DNA from: an archaeon | Lineage (GTDB): Archaea; Aenigmatarchaeota; Aenigmatarchaeia; QMZP01; JAFGSV01 | Length of the DNA stretch: 64,000 nt | Direction of reading: 5' to 3' | NCBI GenBank assembly: GCA_028279705.1 | Contig: JANQNF010000046.1 | Coordinates: forward strand, 17,019-81,018 | In this document: piece after piece, positions 48,956-59,409 of the stretch | Layout: the number at the start of each line of letters is the position of its first letter | How positions within the stretch are numbered: the stretch's first letter is position 1 | Notes under the pieces: model-generated | Seen by the model: the letters and a program-made list of their open reading frames with translations, nothing else | Database searches by the model: none | Told to the model about the DNA's origin: nothing | Position numbers and translations under genes: made by a program

Positions 48956-49564
48956 ATGAAAGGGCGCTTGATAGTCTTTGAGGGCATTGACGGCTCAGGT
49001 ACGGAAACCCAGTCGAAGATGCTTCTCGATGCTTTCAAATCCAAAAAAGCAGATTCTGTAAGGGTAGAGTATCCTGACTATGAGGGAGACCTCGGAAAGC
49101 TGATAAGACAGTTCCTTGACAAAAAGCAGGAACTATCTGCTGAGATGCAGTTTCTCCTCTACGCAGGCGACATGGTAAAGGACAAGGATAAGATAGGTGC
49201 CTGGCTCAGGGCTGGCAAGACAGTCATATGCGACAGGTACTTCAACTCGACGCTCGTCTACCAGGGCATCCGGGGTTTCAGCCAGGAGAAAGCGCTAAAG
49301 TTCGCAGAGGACTTCTGGATACCAAAACCGGACATAGTCTTCTTCCTAAAAATTTCTGAGGACGAATCACTCCGGAGAAAGATGGACGAGCACGGAAAGC
49401 TCGACAGGAACGAAGCTGACAAGGCGTTCCTCGCAAAAGTCAACTCATCCTACGAGAAGATGTCAGTCGACAACGTCTTCGGCAAGTGGTTCGTAATAGA
49501 CGGATCTAAGAGTAGGAACGAAATACACAAAGAAGTTCTGAACGTGCTGGAAACCGCATTTTAG
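48956..49564 (+). CDS. tmk: Thymidylate kinase
   Basis: FEGIDGSG, DRY..S...YQ, PD. Confidence 0.88.
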   Translation: MKGRLIVFEGIDGSGTETQSKMLLDAFKSKKADSVRVEYPDYEGDLGKLIRQFLDKKQELSAEMQFLLYAGDMVKDKDKIGAWLRAGKTVICDRYFNSTLVYQGIRGFSQEKALKFAEDFWIPKPDIVFFLKISEDESLRRKMDEHGKLDRNEADKAFLAKVNSSYEKMSVDNVFGKWFVIDGSKSRNEIHKEVLNVLETAF

Positions 49565-49566
49565 GC

Positions 49567-49947
49567 CTACGCCGCTTGCCGTGTTATATTTTTGAGATAT
49601 TCGTGCTTTTTCCCAAGCCCGTCGAGTATGTTATTTGCATGCGGGTTAAGCTTTATGTCGGCAGGTATGCCGTTGTTTCTGAATTTTTCAATCTGGCCGC
49701 CGATATAGTCGATTCCGATATTTTTTCCGCTTGTCATCCCGAGCAGTTCCCTGTAGATTTCCGATGTGACATGGTCCAGTGACTCATCCCCTGCGTCAGT
49801 CATGTACTTTTTTACTATTCCCGGCAGTTCCTTCTTCAGATATTCCTGCATTTTTGCCCCGAGTCTTTTCTTTCCGAACATTGTTATTACTACGCAGTCA
49901 CAGTTTATAAAGCTTTCGGTACCCATGCTATAAAAACGTGTCCGCAT
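49567..49947 (-). CDS. Hypothetical protein (start uncertain)
   Basis: ORF only. Confidence 0.4.
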   Translation of the reverse strand: MRTRFYSMGTESFINCDCVVITMFGKKRLGAKMQEYLKKELPGIVKKYMTDAGDESLDHVTSEIYRELLGMTSGKNIGIDYIGGQIEKFRNNGIPADIKLNPHANNILDGLGKKHEYLKNITRQAA

Positions 49948-49981
49948 GATATCGTTTTACATAAAACCGCAAACAAGGTCG

Positions 49982-50233
49982 TCATAAAACGCAGTTAAGC
50001 TTGTAAGATTTCGCAGCGTTGCAAAAAATCGAATGCAGGCGAGAACCTAATCCGAGTTCTCCAAGCTTTTCAATGTCCCTGAAATTGTAATCTGTCCCCT
50101 CAAGCTTCTCTGTGATGACTTTGTGTGCATTTCCACTGTCCGAGAGATTTATTTTTCCATCTATCAGTAAATTTACGCATTCATTATAGACCCCTTCGAG
50201 ATCATTCACTGCCATCTCTCTTAATTGATGCAA
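49982..50233 (-). CDS. Hypothetical protein
   Basis: ORF only. Confidence 0.35.
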   Translation of the reverse strand: MHQLREMAVNDLEGVYNECVNLLIDGKINLSDSGNAHKVITEKLEGTDYNFRDIEKLGELGLGSRLHSIFCNAAKSYKLNCVL

Positions 50234-50245
50234 AGTTTTTAAAAG

Positions 50246-50797
50246 TCACCAGGGTTCCTTTTTCACTTTGATCTTGTATGCTATCACACATGCCGTGATG
50301 TGGAATATGGGTGTCAGCACCGCCATTAAGATGAACCATTCTATCCTAACGATGGTGATTATGGATGCAAAAAGCATTGCACCTACAAGAAAGTCCAGCT
50401 GGTCCATCACCGGTGCCTTCTGCCCCCTCTCAAGCTTCAGCCGCCTCTTGATGAAAGAACCTGCAGAATCGCCTGCCATGGCACCGAGCCCCAGCATGAA
50501 ACCAAGTGCAGGCCCCATTGGTGCAAGCACAAGCGCTACTTCGGAAAGCTCCCATGGAAGGTAGGGAAACGCAAGCATCTCCACAATGCCTATCAGGGTG
50601 CCAATTAGAGCCCCATAAATGAGCCCTTCTATGCTTTTTCCAGGCCCGAGTATTGGACGTCCGTCTATGAAATTCCTGCCAAAATCAAGCCGTTTTTTGC
50701 CCCTGAAGAGCGGTACGAGGCCGTTAGCCGCGTACGCCGGCAGTATCAGCCAGGTGGCTTCCACGAGAATGTAGATGTTGAAAATGTCAACGATCAT
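50246..50797 (-). CDS. carS: CDP-archaeol synthase
   Basis: PAYAANG, DGRPILGPGKS.EG, GDSAGSFIKRR, DQLDF, KKEPW. Confidence 0.93.
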   Translation of the reverse strand: MIVDIFNIYILVEATWLILPAYAANGLVPLFRGKKRLDFGRNFIDGRPILGPGKSIEGLIYGALIGTLIGIVEMLAFPYLPWELSEVALVLAPMGPALGFMLGLGAMAGDSAGSFIKRRLKLERGQKAPVMDQLDFLVGAMLFASIITIVRIEWFILMAVLTPIFHITACVIAYKIKVKKEPW

Positions 50798-50839
50798 CTA
50801 TATTATGTAGGAACTGTCCGTTAAAAGTTTTGTTTCAGT

Positions 50840-51460
50840 TCACCTCGAAAACCTGACTTCTCCCGCAAAACCGGACCCTTCTATTTCACCCATATAATTA
50901 CGCTTCAAGATTTCAAGGTTATGCTTATCGATTCCGCCATTGAGTTTGATATAGACCATGTCTATATTTTCCGGGTTTATGCGCTTTATCGCAACCAAGG
51001 CATCATTACGGGGACTCACCAATGTATTTTCTTCCATGTAACCTGGAAGAAGTATTGCGCTTTTTGATGTTATGGCGTATCCGTCTTTTGTTAGGTTGTC
51101 ATCACATGATTGATGCCATGGATATCCTTCGGTACTCAGGGTGTCGTGGATTATAGCATTGTCGTCAGTATCTCCTGTATATCCGTTGCCCCCGTTAAAG
51201 CCGTTCTTTACTATCCCCATGAGGTCTGCATAAACGGTACTGCCGCCGTTTCCAGTGATGCAGTGGACAAAGCAACATTCCTCGATCAAGGAATCTCCCC
51301 GTACCCAGAACGGAGTAAAGGATTCACCATTCTCGGTAAGGAGCAAGTACACAGCCATGTGACTGCCAACATCGGTGCTGAGTGATTTCGCATGCACATA
51401 ATGTTTATCGAAATCTATGTAAGAATTTCTGAGTTCATCCGGATCTATGATCATTATCAT
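50840..51460 (-). CDS. Hypothetical protein
   Basis: 206 aa ORF. Confidence 0.5.
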   Translation of the reverse strand: MIMIIDPDELRNSYIDFDKHYVHAKSLSTDVGSHMAVYLLLTENGESFTPFWVRGDSLIEECCFVHCITGNGGSTVYADLMGIVKNGFNGGNGYTGDTDDNAIIHDTLSTEGYPWHQSCDDNLTKDGYAITSKSAILLPGYMEENTLVSPRNDALVAIKRINPENIDMVYIKLNGGIDKHNLEILKRNYMGEIEGSGFAGEVRFSR

Positions 51461-51507
51461 AAAAGCATGGAAAATTTAAAAAGTAGTAACGTACTAGAAT
51501 TCAGAAG

Positions 51508-51579
51508 GGGCCGGTAGATCAGTGGTAGATCGCTTGGTTCGCATCCAAGAGGCCAGGGGTTCAAATCCCCTCCGGTCCA
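51508..51579 (+). tRNA. tRNA-Ala(CGC)
   Basis: GGGCCGG/CCGGTCC with G3:U70, CTTGG-TTCGCAT-CCAAG, GGTTCAAATCC, A73. Confidence 0.95.
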
Positions 51580-51769
51580 CTGGATTTATACGGTTCGAAT
51601 TATATTACTGCCTTACGTTGGGCCATTTAAGATCGACTTCGTTACATCATCAGACCGATTTCAGTTTCAGTTCTTTACGGTCTGCATGCATTTATCGATT
51701 TTACGCATTCCAATTTTTGAAATATTCTCGACGAAATCTGCGGGAACCGGATGTCAGGCCCCACTTAGT

Positions 51770-52315
51770 TCATTCACACTTGATTTCCCTTTCTTCCAGA
51801 ACAGATAATGCAGTATCTCTGAACTTCCCTATTCCAAGTTCATTTTTATGGTGCCGTGATATCACATTGTTGAGATCTTCCTCAGTGAATTGGATTTTTT
51901 CAATCAGAACTTTGGCGTCCGCGTTTTCCTCTTCACTTTTCTTTAACCTGTACTTGTAGAAGTCGTATGCATTATTGAGACCTTCTCGCGGATGGGCAAA
52001 ATTTGCCACTCTTGAAAGTCCACTTTTTCCTGGTTTGCACGTGATGTTGTTTCCGAGTTTGGTACTCTCGAGTTCTCTGATGAAGTATTTCTTTTCAGGG
52101 TCATTGTAAGGGAGTATCCTCCAGAGAATGGAAATGTCGTCCTTGGTCACGTTGTCGATTACGCCACTTTCCCTTAGGTCAGTGAAATACGCCATTGTCG
52201 ACGTTTCGAGTATAAGTTCATTCGACTTCCATCCACGCGCATTTGAAGTTTCCTTGAAATTCACGTATTCGCAGAACAGGTTGTGTACCTGCTTGTTGTA
52301 CAGATATTTTCCCAT
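51770..52315 (-). CDS. Hypothetical protein
   Basis: 181 aa ORF. Confidence 0.5.
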   Translation of the reverse strand: MGKYLYNKQVHNLFCEYVNFKETSNARGWKSNELILETSTMAYFTDLRESGVIDNVTKDDISILWRILPYNDPEKKYFIRELESTKLGNNITCKPGKSGLSRVANFAHPREGLNNAYDFYKYRLKKSEEENADAKVLIEKIQFTEEDLNNVISRHHKNELGIGKFRDTALSVLEEREIKCE

Positions 52316-52417
52316 TTACGAATTCTGGTGCGAATTTTTTTAAACGCGACGCTCCTGCCACTCTCCAGAAAACCGCAGTAACGTTTCACTCTTTTGATAG
52401 TTTTAGCTTCCGAATGC

Positions 52418-52681
52418 TTAATCGGCAGGTCCGGACTGTAACTTCTTGATAGCTTTTGAGAAGTAATCAAACGCACTTCCCTTTTCGGTAGCATGCAATT
52501 TACTTCCCAAGTTGGCAATGGCATTTACGGTGTAATCCACATCGGGACGATTTTTTATGAAAATTGATGCAAGTTTTTCCCCGCGATCGTCGGGGATTAC
52601 TGTGTATTTTTTCATATCAGCTATCTCTTCTTTGAAATCCGTGTATACCTCAAGCAATGGTGTATTTATCATGACAAACAT
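52418..52681 (-). CDS. Hypothetical protein
   Basis: 87 aa ORF. Confidence 0.4.
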   Translation of the reverse strand: MFVMINTPLLEVYTDFKEEIADMKKYTVIPDDRGEKLASIFIKNRPDVDYTVNAIANLGSKLHATEKGSAFDYFSKAIKKLQSGPAD

Positions 52682-52779
52682 ATATCAGAAAGCTTTAAAT
52701 CTGTTAAGTGTCACTTCTCTCCTTTGGCCAGCGTCCTGTCAACCTGTACGGACTGTGTGGCTACAGTGACTGGCGATGA

Positions 52780-55700
52780 TCAGTCCTTTGAGAGATTGAC
52801 CTTCCGCGACACTTCAAAATCCTTTATGATGCATACGGTGGAGTCCGGTGCAATCTCTGCGACCTTTTTCATCTCTTCGGGCGAGAGTATCTTTCCTTCT
52901 ATCTTCAGTACGTCCTTTACCCCAAGCCTGCTGCTTGGAAGGTTCGTCACCATGCTGACTATCGAATTGGGATAGCCCTTCCTGACTCCAAGCACTTCAA
53001 GCACTTCGTATGCCTTGTTCGACGGCAGGTGGTCTATCACCGTGCCGTTCTCGATCTTTGCGATCTTGTATTCCCTTTCCATTCCAGATAACCTCCAGTA
53101 TTCTTTCAATTCTCTTGCCTCCATTTTCGGCTTTTTGAGAAGAGCATCAGCGAATGCCTCTATGAGGGACATCTGCGTGAATATGGGAACCCCAAGAGTC
53201 GCAAGTTCCCTTCTTATTTCACTGTCGTCACCGGCATCTATCAGAACGTCTGGTTTGGTACCGTCATACTCTGTCATGACATTGAAACCCGCCTTCTTGA
53301 GTTTTTCCGCAACGCCTCTTCCCACATTGTTGAGAAGCACGTTGCCGCCGATCCTAAATCCGGACTCTGTCGCGATCATGGATTTGATGAGGGCCTCTTC
53401 GAAAGTTGTTCCCATGCATGCGATTTCTCCAGTGGAGACCATCTCGACCCCGAGTTTTGGGTCTATTCCCTTGAACCTTGCCCATGAGAACATCGGAAAC
53501 TTTACTGAATAGGTCTTGAGGTGGTTTGTCACAAGTCCCCTCGGGAGAGGCTCGCCCGTCATGCACCTCGTCGCGGTCTTTATCAGGTTTATCCCAGCGC
53601 TCTTGCTCGTGTAAGGCATGGACCTCGATGCCCTGAGGTTGCATTCGATGACGTATATCCTCTCACCCTTGACCATGTACTGGATGTTGAACGGGCCCTT
53701 TATTCCAAGTTCCCTCGATATCTTTTCGGTGTAATCATAAATCCTCTCCTTGACACCCTCGCTTATCGATACGGGAGGAATCACCATGCTTGCATCACCG
53801 CTATGGACGCCAGCTGGTTCTATGTGCTCCATCACTGCCCCTATGAAAGCGTTCCTGCCGTCACCGACGCCGTCGACTTCCACTTCCTTTGCGCCCGTTA
53901 TGAACTTCGACACGACGACCGGGTAATCCCTTGAAAGGCTTACTGCGCCTGACAGGTATTCCTTGAGTTCGCTCTCGTTCCTGGCAACCTTCATTGCAGA
54001 CCCCGAAAGCACGTATGACGGCCTTATGATGACAGGATAGCCGATCTTTTCGACAAAGCTTTTGACACCTTTCATTGTCGTGAATGAATCCCATTCGGGC
54101 TGTGCGATCGAAAGCCTGTCAAGCATTGACGAGAACTTGTGCCTGTCTTCTGCCGAGTCTATGTCCCTTCCTGTGGTTCCAAAAAGCGTCACACCCCTCT
54201 TGCTCAGCGAATATGCAAGGTTATTTGAAGTCTGGCCGCCGACGGATACTATCGCACCAAGCGGCTTTTCCTTGTCTATTATGTCCATCATGCGCTCAAG
54301 GCTCAACTCCTCGAAATATAACTTGTCGCTCATGTCGTAGTCAGTGGAGACCGTTTCAGGGTTGCAGTTTGCAACAACCGTCGTATAGCCCTTCTTCTTC
54401 AGTTCCCACACGCAGTTCATCGTGCACCAGTCGAACTCTACACTTGATCCTATCCTTATAGGTCCTGCGCCTATTACGAGCATCTCTCCCTTTTCAGAGA
54501 AGTCTATGTCGTCAAACGAGCCGTTGTATGTCATGTACAGGTAGTTGGTCTTCGCAGGATACTCTGCTGCAAGGGTGTCTATCTGCTTTACAACCGGAAG
54601 TATACCGTAATGCTTTCGTAGCGTCCTTACCCTCTCCGGTGCGACACCCATGCATTCTGCTATCTTGTTGTCAGAGAACCCGATCTTTTTGGCTTCAACG
54701 AGTTCATCCTTGAAACCATCGTCTGAAAAGCGGACTTTATTGAGCTTTTCGTGCATGTCCGTGATGTTTTTTATCTTGTAGAGGAACCATCTGTCTATGC
54801 CGCTTATGTCATGTATCTCATCGACCGTCATGCCCATCCTGAACGCGTCTGCGACGGCAAACAGCCTCTGGTCAGTCGGTGACTTGAGTTCTTCCTTGAT
54901 CTTCTCAGTATCTTCGAATACGGGACTGTCTTCTGTGACCTCCCTTCCTATCTCAAGCATGCGTATGGCCTTCTGTATCACTTCCTCGAAGTTCCTGCCG
55001 ATTGCCATGACCTCGCCGATAGCCTTCATCTGCGAGCCGAGATTCGGATCCACTCCCGGGAATTTTCGCGCCTCCCACCGCGGCACCTTGACTACGATGT
55101 AATCGAGAGCCGGTTCAAAGCACGTTGACGTCACCTGCGTTATCTTGTTCGACACCTGCGGCAGCGTATATCCGACGGAAAGCTTTGCCGCAACGTATGC
55201 GAGCGGATAGCCGGTCGCTTTTGATGCGAGCGCCGAGGACCTCGAAAGCCTTGCGTTCACCTCGATTATGCAGTGTTCAAGCTTGTTTGGATTGAGCGCA
55301 AACTGTATGTTGCATTCACCAACGATCCCAAGCTCACGTATGACGTTTATCGAGACCTTTCTGAGATAATGATATTCCGTGTCAGACAGCGTCTGGCTCG
55401 GCGCGACGACTATGCTGTCGCCCGTGTGGACGCCCATGGGGTCGAAATTCTCCATGCAGCACACCGTTATGCAGTTGTCGTCCTTGTCCCTCATAACCTC
55501 GTATTCGACCTCTTTCCAGTGGTGTAGGTACTTCTCGATGAGCACCTGGTTTATCATGGAGTGTTCGAGACCCTTTTTCACGACCTGTTCAAGTTCATTT
55601 TCATTCCATGCAATTCCTGACCCAAGTCCGCCAAGTATGTATGCTGGCCTTACCATGATGGGGTAGCCGATTTCTGTAGCAGCTTTTCTTGACTCGTCTA

Positions 55701-56154
55701 TTGAATTGCACGATATGCTCTGCGCGACGTCTCCGCCGGCCTTCTCGACAGCTTCCTTGAACCTCTCCCTGTCTTCAGACCTCATTATGGATTCGACAGG
55801 AGTGCCGAGAACTCTCACCCCGTACTTCCTGAGAACGCCTTCCTCGTAAAGCTTAACGCCCATGTTGAGCGCGGTCTGGCCGCCAAAACCAAGGAGTATG
55901 CCGTCAGGTCTTTCCTTCTTTATGATCTTTTCCATGAACTCAAGCGTTATCGGCTCCATGTACACCTTGTCCGCAAGATCGTGCGAGGTCTGTATGGTTG
56001 CAACGTTCGGATTGACGAGTACTGTCTCGATACCCTCTTCTTTTAGCGCCTTCAGTGCCTGGGAACCGCTGTAGTCGAACTCTGCCGCCTGTCCTATCCT
56101 TATGCCGCCTGACCCTATTATCAGCACTTTCCGGACGGACTTGTCTGCGCTCAT
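52780..56154 (-). CDS. carB: Carbamoyl-phosphate synthase large subunit fused to a PyrI allosteric domain
   Basis: GSGGIRIGQAAEFDYSG; two ATP-grasp halves; last 100 aa contain IENGTVIDHL...KDVLKIE...IAPDSTVCII. Confidence 0.95.
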   Translation of the reverse strand: MSADKSVRKVLIIGSGGIRIGQAAEFDYSGSQALKALKEEGIETVLVNPNVATIQTSHDLADKVYMEPITLEFMEKIIKKERPDGILLGFGGQTALNMGVKLYEEGVLRKYGVRVLGTPVESIMRSEDRERFKEAVEKAGGDVAQSISCNSIDESRKAATEIGYPIMVRPAYILGGLGSGIAWNENELEQVVKKGLEHSMINQVLIEKYLHHWKEVEYEVMRDKDDNCITVCCMENFDPMGVHTGDSIVVAPSQTLSDTEYHYLRKVSINVIRELGIVGECNIQFALNPNKLEHCIIEVNARLSRSSALASKATGYPLAYVAAKLSVGYTLPQVSNKITQVTSTCFEPALDYIVVKVPRWEARKFPGVDPNLGSQMKAIGEVMAIGRNFEEVIQKAIRMLEIGREVTEDSPVFEDTEKIKEELKSPTDQRLFAVADAFRMGMTVDEIHDISGIDRWFLYKIKNITDMHEKLNKVRFSDDGFKDELVEAKKIGFSDNKIAECMGVAPERVRTLRKHYGILPVVKQIDTLAAEYPAKTNYLYMTYNGSFDDIDFSEKGEMLVIGAGPIRIGSSVEFDWCTMNCVWELKKKGYTTVVANCNPETVSTDYDMSDKLYFEELSLERMMDIIDKEKPLGAIVSVGGQTSNNLAYSLSKRGVTLFGTTGRDIDSAEDRHKFSSMLDRLSIAQPEWDSFTTMKGVKSFVEKIGYPVIIRPSYVLSGSAMKVARNESELKEYLSGAVSLSRDYPVVVSKFITGAKEVEVDGVGDGRNAFIGAVMEHIEPAGVHSGDASMVIPPVSISEGVKERIYDYTEKISRELGIKGPFNIQYMVKGERIYVIECNLRASRSMPYTSKSAGINLIKTATRCMTGEPLPRGLVTNHLKTYSVKFPMFSWARFKGIDPKLGVEMVSTGEIACMGTTFEEALIKSMIATESGFRIGGNVLLNNVGRGVAEKLKKAGFNVMTEYDGTKPDVLIDAGDDSEIRRELATLGVPIFTQMSLIEAFADALLKKPKMEARELKEYWRLSGMEREYKIAKIENGTVIDHLPSNKAYEVLEVLGVRKGYPNSIVSMVTNLPSSRLGVKDVLKIEGKILSPEEMKKVAEIAPDSTVCIIKDFEVSRKVNLSKD

Positions 56155-57260
56155 TTCGACCTCTCCACCATTTTCATGAACTTGTCAAAAAGGTACCCCG
56201 TATCCACAGGGCCAGGTCTTGCCTCGGGATGGTACTGCACGCCAAACACCGGAAGCTTCTTGTGCTCTATTCCTTCCACTGTCCCGTCGTTGACGTTTAC
56301 AAAGCTTATGTCGACGTCCTTGTCCTTTACGGACTCCGGGCTGATAGTGAACCCGTGGTTCTGGCTTGTGATGTAGCACTTCCCGGTACTCTTCTCCATC
56401 ACAGGATGGTTCTGCCCCCTGTGGCCGAACTTCAGCTTGTATGTGTCACAGCCAAGGGAAAGCCCTATTATCTGGTTTCCAAGGCATATGCCCATAACCG
56501 GAAGCTTGTACTCGATGAGATCGCTGACCGTCTTTATGGTCTTTATTGCCATCTTCGGGTCACCGGGACCGTTTGATATGAATATGCCGTCAGGCGAGAG
56601 GTCCATTATCTTTTTCGTGCTGTATTCGGCAGGGACCCGTGTCACGCTGGCTCCGCGCAAAAGAAGCGACTGGGAAATGCCCGCTTTCATCCCGCAGTCT
56701 ATTATCACGATCCTCTTTCCCTTTCCGGGGTACGTCACCGGCCGGTTTATCGATACCTCGGTCACAAGGTTTCTTTCGTTTGGGTCCTCTGCAGTCTTTG
56801 CAGCGTTGAGAATCTCTGAAACGTCTATTGGGTTTTCAGACACCTCGAGTGCGCCAAGCATGGTCCCCTCATTCCTGAGCACCTTCGTAAGCTCTCTTGT
56901 GTCTATTCCTTCTATTCCGGGTATCCCGCCTGACTTCAGCCACGTGTCAACGTCCATCGTGGACGTGTAATGTGATGGTCCCCTGCAGAGTTCATAGATT
57001 GCATAGCCCTGTATCTTGGGGCCGTCCGACTCAAACTCCTGCCTGCTGACGCCGTAGTTTCCTATGAGAGGATAAGTCTGGGCGAGTATCTGCCCGGTGT
57101 ACGATGGGTCCGTCACAGACTGCGTGTATCCCATCATGCCTGTGTTGAAAACAACTTCTCCGGTTATCTTGCCGGTAGCGCCAAAGCCCTTTCCATGCCA
57201 GACCGATCCGTCGCGGAGTGCGAGCGCTGCATGAAGAATACGTGTGTTATTTTTTTGCAT
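56151..57260 (-). CDS. carA: Carbamoyl-phosphate synthase small subunit
   Basis: GEVVFNTG, SNGPGDP, GICLG, QNHGF, QYHPE. Confidence 0.96.
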   Translation of the reverse strand: MQKNNTRILHAALALRDGSVWHGKGFGATGKITGEVVFNTGMMGYTQSVTDPSYTGQILAQTYPLIGNYGVSRQEFESDGPKIQGYAIYELCRGPSHYTSTMDVDTWLKSGGIPGIEGIDTRELTKVLRNEGTMLGALEVSENPIDVSEILNAAKTAEDPNERNLVTEVSINRPVTYPGKGKRIVIIDCGMKAGISQSLLLRGASVTRVPAEYSTKKIMDLSPDGIFISNGPGDPKMAIKTIKTVSDLIEYKLPVMGICLGNQIIGLSLGCDTYKLKFGHRGQNHPVMEKSTGKCYITSQNHGFTISPESVKDKDVDISFVNVNDGTVEGIEHKKLPVFGVQYHPEARPGPVDTGYLFDKFMKMVERSK

Positions 57261-57393
57261 TTGTTTTCTTTCCAGTGTTTTGGTCACCTTCAAAAAGACC
57301 CTGCACTATTTAAGGAATGTCTGATATTTAAACATTCCTCTACTGGCGTAGATATATGGATTTTATTTAAGCCGTCACTGCCATAAAAATGAT

Positions 57394-57687
57394 ATGAACA
57401 TGAGGGAATGGCTGTCGAAATGGCTAGAGCCGGAACGAAGGATATGGCTCGTCTTTCTGGCAATTTTCCTCGTATCCCAGGCGTTCAACATCGAGGCACG
57501 TTTCCCGGACTACAGCGGATGGTCAGGGTTCGGCTTCCCGTTCAACTATTTCCAGTGGCACGGTGAAATAGAGTATTCGTATTTCAACGTCATAAACCTC
57601 GTAATTGACATTGTCATCATGTTCATCGTCGCAAGGATACTGCTCTTTGGGTACATCCAGTTCACCAAGTACAAGATAATGAAGTGA
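57394..57687 (+). CDS. Small membrane protein
   Basis: Two TM; GFPF motif. Confidence 0.55.
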   Translation: MNMREWLSKWLEPERRIWLVFLAIFLVSQAFNIEARFPDYSGWSGFGFPFNYFQWHGEIEYSYFNVINLVIDIVIMFIVARILLFGYIQFTKYKIMK

Positions 57688-57691
57688 TTGT

Positions 57692-58024
57692 ATGGAAAAG
57701 GGACTTCACCATTACCACCAGAGAAAAAGACTCCACGAAAAGAAGGAGAAGTATCCTCATCCTGACAAATGGAAGAGGATAATGGACAAGCTGATATACG
57801 TAGTCGGAATAATCGGTCCACTCACTTCGATCCCTCAGATGATAAACATATGGGTTTATGGCATGATCGAGGGAGTGTCCGTCATAACATGGGCTGCACT
57901 TGCGGTTGTGGCATTCTTCTGGGTCATTTACGGTGTCATGCACAGGGAAAGGCCCATAATAGTCGCGCACGGTCTCTGGGTGATTTTCGATATCCTCATA
58001 GTTCTGGGTGTCCTTCTCGTATGA
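57692..58024 (+). CDS. SemiSWEET/PQ-loop transporter-like protein
   Basis: IPQ, GVS..TW, W..YG, three TM. Confidence 0.75.
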   Translation: MEKGLHHYHQRKRLHEKKEKYPHPDKWKRIMDKLIYVVGIIGPLTSIPQMINIWVYGMIEGVSVITWAALAVVAFFWVIYGVMHRERPIIVAHGLWVIFDILIVLGVLLV

Positions 58025-58025
58025 T

Positions 58026-59405
58026 CTAGAAGTAGATGTCCCGTTCGCCTTTCTCTATCCGTGAAAGGCGCTCTTCTGTCTCAACTCTCACTTTCTCTTT
58101 GTCTATATTTTCCAGGTATTTTGATATTATCTTCTCACCGAGCTTCTTGACCTGCGGTGACGCGTAATCTTCCAGATACTCCTTGAAAGTAAGAAGCGCG
58201 TTCGGCCTGCACAGATGGTGTATGTTACCGGGTTTTGCAAGATCCATGAACGCTTTTCCTGTCCTTTCTTCCCTGTAGCATGCCGTGCAGAAGCTTGGAA
58301 GCAGCCCCTGCTTCAATATGCTCAGCATGACGTCGTCAAGGGACCTGTGGTCGGAAAGGTCAAACTGCGAAAGCCCGCTGTCCTTTGTGTACCCGCCAGG
58401 AGACGTCCTTGAAGCAGCAGATGTCTGCGATATCCCAACCTTGAATGCCTTGGCCCTGAGATCGGGACTTTCCCTGGTTGAAATTATCATGCCGGTGTAT
58501 GGCACAGCCATTCTGAGTATCGCGATTATCTTCAGCAGTTCGTAGTCTGAAATGTTTACAAGCGGCTTGTTCCATTCAACCGTTTCCGAAGGCTGCCACC
58601 TCGGCACCGAGAACGTGTGCGGACCGACCCCGTACGTACTGTCGAGATACTGCGCGTGCGAAACAAGTGCCATCACCTCGAACCTGTAATCGTATAAGCC
58701 AAAGAGTACGCCAAGACCCACGTCGTCAATGCCCGCCTCAAAAGCCCTGTCATGTGCGAAAAGCTGCCTTTCATAATCAGCCTTTGGTCCGCAGTGAAGC
58801 TTCTCGTAGGTTTCCCTGTGGTAAGTCTCCTGGAAGAGCTGGTATGTGCCTATTCCCACTTCCTTGAGCTTCTTGTAATCTTCCACGCTGGTTGCGGCCA
58901 CGTTGACGTTGACGCGCCTTATCTCACCCTTTCTGATCTTGGTATCATAAATCGTCTTGATGGAATCCACTATGTAGTCTATGTCATTGTTCACCGGGTC
59001 CTCACCGAACTCAACAAGGAGCCTCTTGTGCCCCATCTTCTCAAGCGTTTTCACCTGGCTTCTTATCTCGTCCTGGGTAAGCTTCTTTCTAGGTGCATTG
59101 TTTCTCTTGTGAAAGCCGCAGTATTCGCAGTCGTTGACACAGTGGCTGGAAACGTAAAGCGGTGCAAAAAACACCATCCTCTCCCCGTATATCTTCTCCT
59201 TTATCTTTGCCGCAGTCTCAAGCATCCTGTCAACGAAGTTTGGGTGGTCGGCATTTAGAAGGTATGCTACCTCCTCAAGAGAAAGTCCCTTCATCCTGAG
59301 CGCCTTGTTCAGTATCTCGTGTATCTTCCCAGGCGGCCTTGATTTTGTCCTCTCAAGCGCCTTCTCTATCTCCATCACGTTTACGATTTCCTCTGCTTTT
59401 GGCAT
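58026..59405 (-). CDS. hydG: [FeFe]-hydrogenase maturase HydG
   Basis: FAPLY, CVNDCEYC, LFQETYH, C-terminal PSFCTACY-x22-C auxiliary cluster motif (distinguishes it from ThiH). Confidence 0.92.
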   Translation of the reverse strand: MPKAEEIVNVMEIEKALERTKSRPPGKIHEILNKALRMKGLSLEEVAYLLNADHPNFVDRMLETAAKIKEKIYGERMVFFAPLYVSSHCVNDCEYCGFHKRNNAPRKKLTQDEIRSQVKTLEKMGHKRLLVEFGEDPVNNDIDYIVDSIKTIYDTKIRKGEIRRVNVNVAATSVEDYKKLKEVGIGTYQLFQETYHRETYEKLHCGPKADYERQLFAHDRAFEAGIDDVGLGVLFGLYDYRFEVMALVSHAQYLDSTYGVGPHTFSVPRWQPSETVEWNKPLVNISDYELLKIIAILRMAVPYTGMIISTRESPDLRAKAFKVGISQTSAASRTSPGGYTKDSGLSQFDLSDHRSLDDVMLSILKQGLLPSFCTACYREERTGKAFMDLAKPGNIHHLCRPNALLTFKEYLEDYASPQVKKLGEKIISKYLENIDKEKVRVETEERLSRIEKGERDIYF

Positions 59406-59409
59406 ATTA

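Noticed and set aside
51580..52779. Island integrated at tRNA-Ala
   Set aside because: No integrase and no convincing duplicate of the tRNA 3' end.
58026..59405. ThiH instead of HydG
   Set aside because: The C-terminal CxxC-x22-C motif and adjacency to a hydE-like gene favour HydG.
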